Below are positions 61,558-64,000 of a stretch of DNA of 64,000 bases, piece after piece. A program made the translations under genes and the position numbers. Within the stretch, counting starts at the first letter, position 1. Each line of letters opens with the position of its first letter. The notes beneath the pieces are model-generated. The model made no database searches. It was not told where the DNA came from and worked only from the letters and a program-made list of their open reading frames with translations. The stretch spans positions 8,590-72,589 of the forward strand of contig CAVYAB010000033.1 in the NCBI GenBank assembly GCA_963766425.1. Direction: 5' to 3'. The DNA is from an uncultured Alphaproteobacteria bacterium. Lineage in GTDB: Bacteria; Pseudomonadota; Alphaproteobacteria; Rhizobiales; Aestuariivirgaceae.

Positions 61558-62027
61558 GCTTCAAGAAGCTCCAGCGCAATTTCCACCGATGCGGTGCGCA
61601 CACCGGCGCGCCCAATATCGCCAAATCTTTCTACCCGGTGCAGTGTCGCGCCGTTTCTTCGGGCGCAGGCAAAATGAACCAGTCCCACAGGCTTTGCAGC
61701 CGATCCGCCGCCCGGTCCCGCTACGCCGGTGATTGAAACGGCAAGGGTTGCCGCAGATTCAAGGATGGCCCCATGGGCCATGGCCAACGCACATTCGCGG
61801 CTCACCGCGCCATGCTCGGCAATGAGCTCATGGGAAACACCGAGCATTCTTTTCTTGGCTTCGTTTGAGTAACTCACAAAACTGCAATCGAAAACGTCGG
61901 ACGATCCGGGAACGGATGTCAGCAGGGCAGCAAGCATGCCACCAGTGCAGCTTTCAGCCGTTGCAATCTTGATGCCTTGCGATCGGCACTGTTCCAGCAG
62001 TGCCGCGGCTCTCAGTTCCAAAGTCAT
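61545..62027 (-). CDS. CinA/PncC family nicotinamide-nucleotide amidohydrolase
   Basis: ATAESCTGG, SITGVAGPGGG, KPVGLV. Confidence 0.92.
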   Translation of the reverse strand: MTLELRAAALLEQCRSQGIKIATAESCTGGMLAALLTSVPGSSDVFDCSFVSYSNEAKKRMLGVSHELIAEHGAVSRECALAMAHGAILESAATLAVSITGVAGPGGGSAAKPVGLVHFACARRNGATLHRVERFGDIGRAGVRTASVEIALELLEAQLL

Positions 62028-63193
62028 GGCAAACGCACCGTTGCTGTCGCAAAAGCCGCCAAACCTTCCCGCCTGCCAATTGCACCGAGCTTCTCTGTCG
62101 TCGTCGCTTTAATGGCTATACGGTCAGAAGCGATATGGAGCAGGGGAGAAAGCAGGGCTTTCATCGCAGCGATATGGGGACCCACGCGCGGTGCTTCCGC
62201 TAGAATGGTGATGTCCACATTGGCAATGATTCCATTTCTCGCCCCCATTAGCTCAACAGCCTTCTGCAGAAAGACTGTCGAGGAAACACCTTTCCATTGC
62301 GCATCGCTCGGCGGGAAAAATGTTCCGATATCACCTTCGCCAAGAGCGCCAAGAATCGCATCGGTCAGCGCATGCATGGCCGCATCGGCATCGGAATGGC
62401 CTTTAAGTTTTCTGTCATGAGGAATCTTGATGCCGCACAGAACCACACCATCGCCCGCTTCAAATTCATGAAAGTCGATGCCTTGCCCCACACGCACATC
62501 CGGCCGCTCGGAGTTTGCCTTTGTCATCAGGAATTGATCTGCTTCACGAATATCCTCTGCCGTCGTCAGCTTGCGGTTTTCAATGTGCCCAGCTATCACC
62601 CGCACCTTGATACCAAATTTTTCCGCCACCGCAGCGTCATCCGTGAGGCCTCCCAAATCCTGGTCATAGGCCTTCTCATGAGCAACCAGTATGGCCTTCA
62701 GGTCAAATCCCTGCGGTGTCTGCGCCCCCCACAGTCCCTGCCTGTCCACCGTGCGTTCAACCAGGCCGCCGGGCGCAAATTTCATCGTATCGGCAACAGG
62801 CAGTCCCGGCACTACACCTTCGGATCGATCAAGCTCCGCGATAACATGGCTGATCAGGTCCGCCGACACAAAGGGGCGCGCCGCATCATGGATAAGTACC
62901 TTTTGGAGACCAGTTCCGGCGCAAGCCGAAATGCCAATGCGGCAAGAATCCTGTCGTGTGTCGCCACCGATGACCGGAGGAGCAACTTTCAAACCTGCAA
63001 TTGCTTCGGCAAACAAGCCGCCATGGCCGGCCCCGATCACGGTTTGAACATGGGAAACGCCAGGGTGGTCGACAAAGGCCTTGAGCGTCCACCAGATAAC
63101 CGGCCTGCCGCCAATGAGTTGATATTGCTTGGGCAGCTCCCCGCCTGCGCGAAAACCCGCACCCCCCGCGACAATGACAACTGCAACCGACAT
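62024..63193 (-). CDS. ispDF: Bifunctional IspD/IspF
   Basis: PKQY, IHDAARP, AQTPQGF, GHSDAD, KATTTE. Confidence 0.96.
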   Translation of the reverse strand: MSVAVVIVAGGAGFRAGGELPKQYQLIGGRPVIWWTLKAFVDHPGVSHVQTVIGAGHGGLFAEAIAGLKVAPPVIGGDTRQDSCRIGISACAGTGLQKVLIHDAARPFVSADLISHVIAELDRSEGVVPGLPVADTMKFAPGGLVERTVDRQGLWGAQTPQGFDLKAILVAHEKAYDQDLGGLTDDAAVAEKFGIKVRVIAGHIENRKLTTAEDIREADQFLMTKANSERPDVRVGQGIDFHEFEAGDGVVLCGIKIPHDRKLKGHSDADAAMHALTDAILGALGEGDIGTFFPPSDAQWKGVSSTVFLQKAVELMGARNGIIANVDITILAEAPRVGPHIAAMKALLSPLLHIASDRIAIKATTTEKLGAIGRREGLAAFATATVRLP

Positions 63194-63302
63194 AATTTTC
63201 GTCTAGCAGTCCCTCTATCATGGGGCAATAAATGGTCTTGACGCGGTGCAACATAAGGTTATTCTGCACAGAAAATATGCTATCAATAACTGTGATGAAA
63301 AA

Positions 63303-64000
63303 ATGAGCATTCAGATCGGCCCGATCAAAACCCGGAACCGGGTGTTCCTGGCGCCGCTATCCGGCGTTACGGACGAGCCCTTCCGTGCCGTCGCCCACGC
63401 CCATGGGGCAGGGCTGGTCGTTTCCGAAATGGTTGCCAGCGAAGAACTGGTGCGCGCCCGGCCTGACATGGTGCGCCGGGCGAGGGGTGCTGAAAAACTG
63501 AAGCCCTTTGTCATCCAGCTTGCGGGCCGCGAGGCGCGCTGGATGACCGAAGGAACCAAGGTGGCTCAAGACCTCGGCGCAGACATCATCGACATCAACA
63601 TGGGCTGCCCGGCAAGGCAGGTTACAGGCGGCCTTTCCGGTTCAGCCCTCATGCGCGATCTCGACCACGCCTTGACACTGATCGAAGCCACGGTTCAGGC
63701 AGCCCGGGTCCCCGTCACCCTCAAGATGCGCTTGGGATGGGATGCAGGTTCGATCAATGCGCCGGAACTGGCCCGCCGTGCTGAAGCCTCCGGCGTTCAA
63801 ATGATTACCGTACACGGACGAACCCGCTGCCAGTTCTATGGCGGCAAGGCTGACTGGAAGGCCATTCGCGCCGTCAAGGAAGCCATCAGCATTCCCCTGA
63901 TCGCCAACGGCGATGGAACCTCCGCAGCTGATGCCCGCGCCATGCTGGAAGAATCCCATGCCGATGGCGTCATGATTGGCCGCGGCGCCTATGGCAGGCC
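63303..64000 (+). CDS. dusB: tRNA-dihydrouridine synthase B, runs off window end
   Basis: Hand translation: LAPLSGVTDEPFR, IDINMGCPA, TLKMRLGWD, TVHGRTR, IANGD, MIGRG. Confidence 0.93.
   Translation, partial: MSIQIGPIKTRNRVFLAPLSGVTDEPFRAVAHAHGAGLVVSEMVASEELVRARPDMVRRARGAEKLKPFVIQLAGREARWMTEGTKVAQDLGADIIDINMGCPARQVTGGLSGSALMRDLDHALTLIEATVQAARVPVTLKMRLGWDAGSINAPELARRAEASGVQMITVHGRTRCQFYGGKADWKAIRAVKEAISIPLIANGDGTSAADARAMLEESHADGVMIGRGAYGR

Noticed and set aside
63265-63281. NtrC site upstream of dusB
   Set aside because: Only a partial match (tgcac-N7-atgct) to TGCAC-N7-GTGCA; plausible from context but too weak to call.

Overview
Chromosomal window of a Hyphomicrobiales-type alphaproteobacterium (inferred from gene order such as ruvX-pyrB-pyrC-plsY-dprA, topA-rnr-rpmG, eno-ftsB-pdhABC-lpdA-lipA-ratA/cinA-ispDF-dusB, and from alpha-type LexA and CtrA boxes). 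About 1-13.8 kb is accessory. From about 14 kb on it is mostly core: translation, pyrimidine synthesis, gatCA, a sulfur-assimilation cluster, enolase and PDH. I found no rRNA, tRNA, CRISPR array, integrase or transposase. Best candidate for an undescribed system: in 0.2-10.3 kb, accessory genes are separated by co-oriented clusters of 28/29-bp sites (11-bp inverted arms around a 6/7-bp asymmetric core) spaced exactly 17 bp apart. This looks like tyrosine-recombinase sites delimiting gene cassettes, and the array ends in an IS5-like terminus. Other signals: two wHTH-TPR regulator/divergent small-protein modules with a shared 10-bp-periodic operator; a GTTC-N8-GAAC motif linking an XRE-cupin regulator to the sulfur genes and a peroxiredoxin; REP-derived sequence forming the PdhB linker; four damaging substitutions that each revert to a GANTC (CcrM) site. 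Many frameshifts in essential genes point to long-read consensus errors, so broken ORFs should not be read as pseudogenes without checking reads. Product calls come from motif recognition only; no searches were run.
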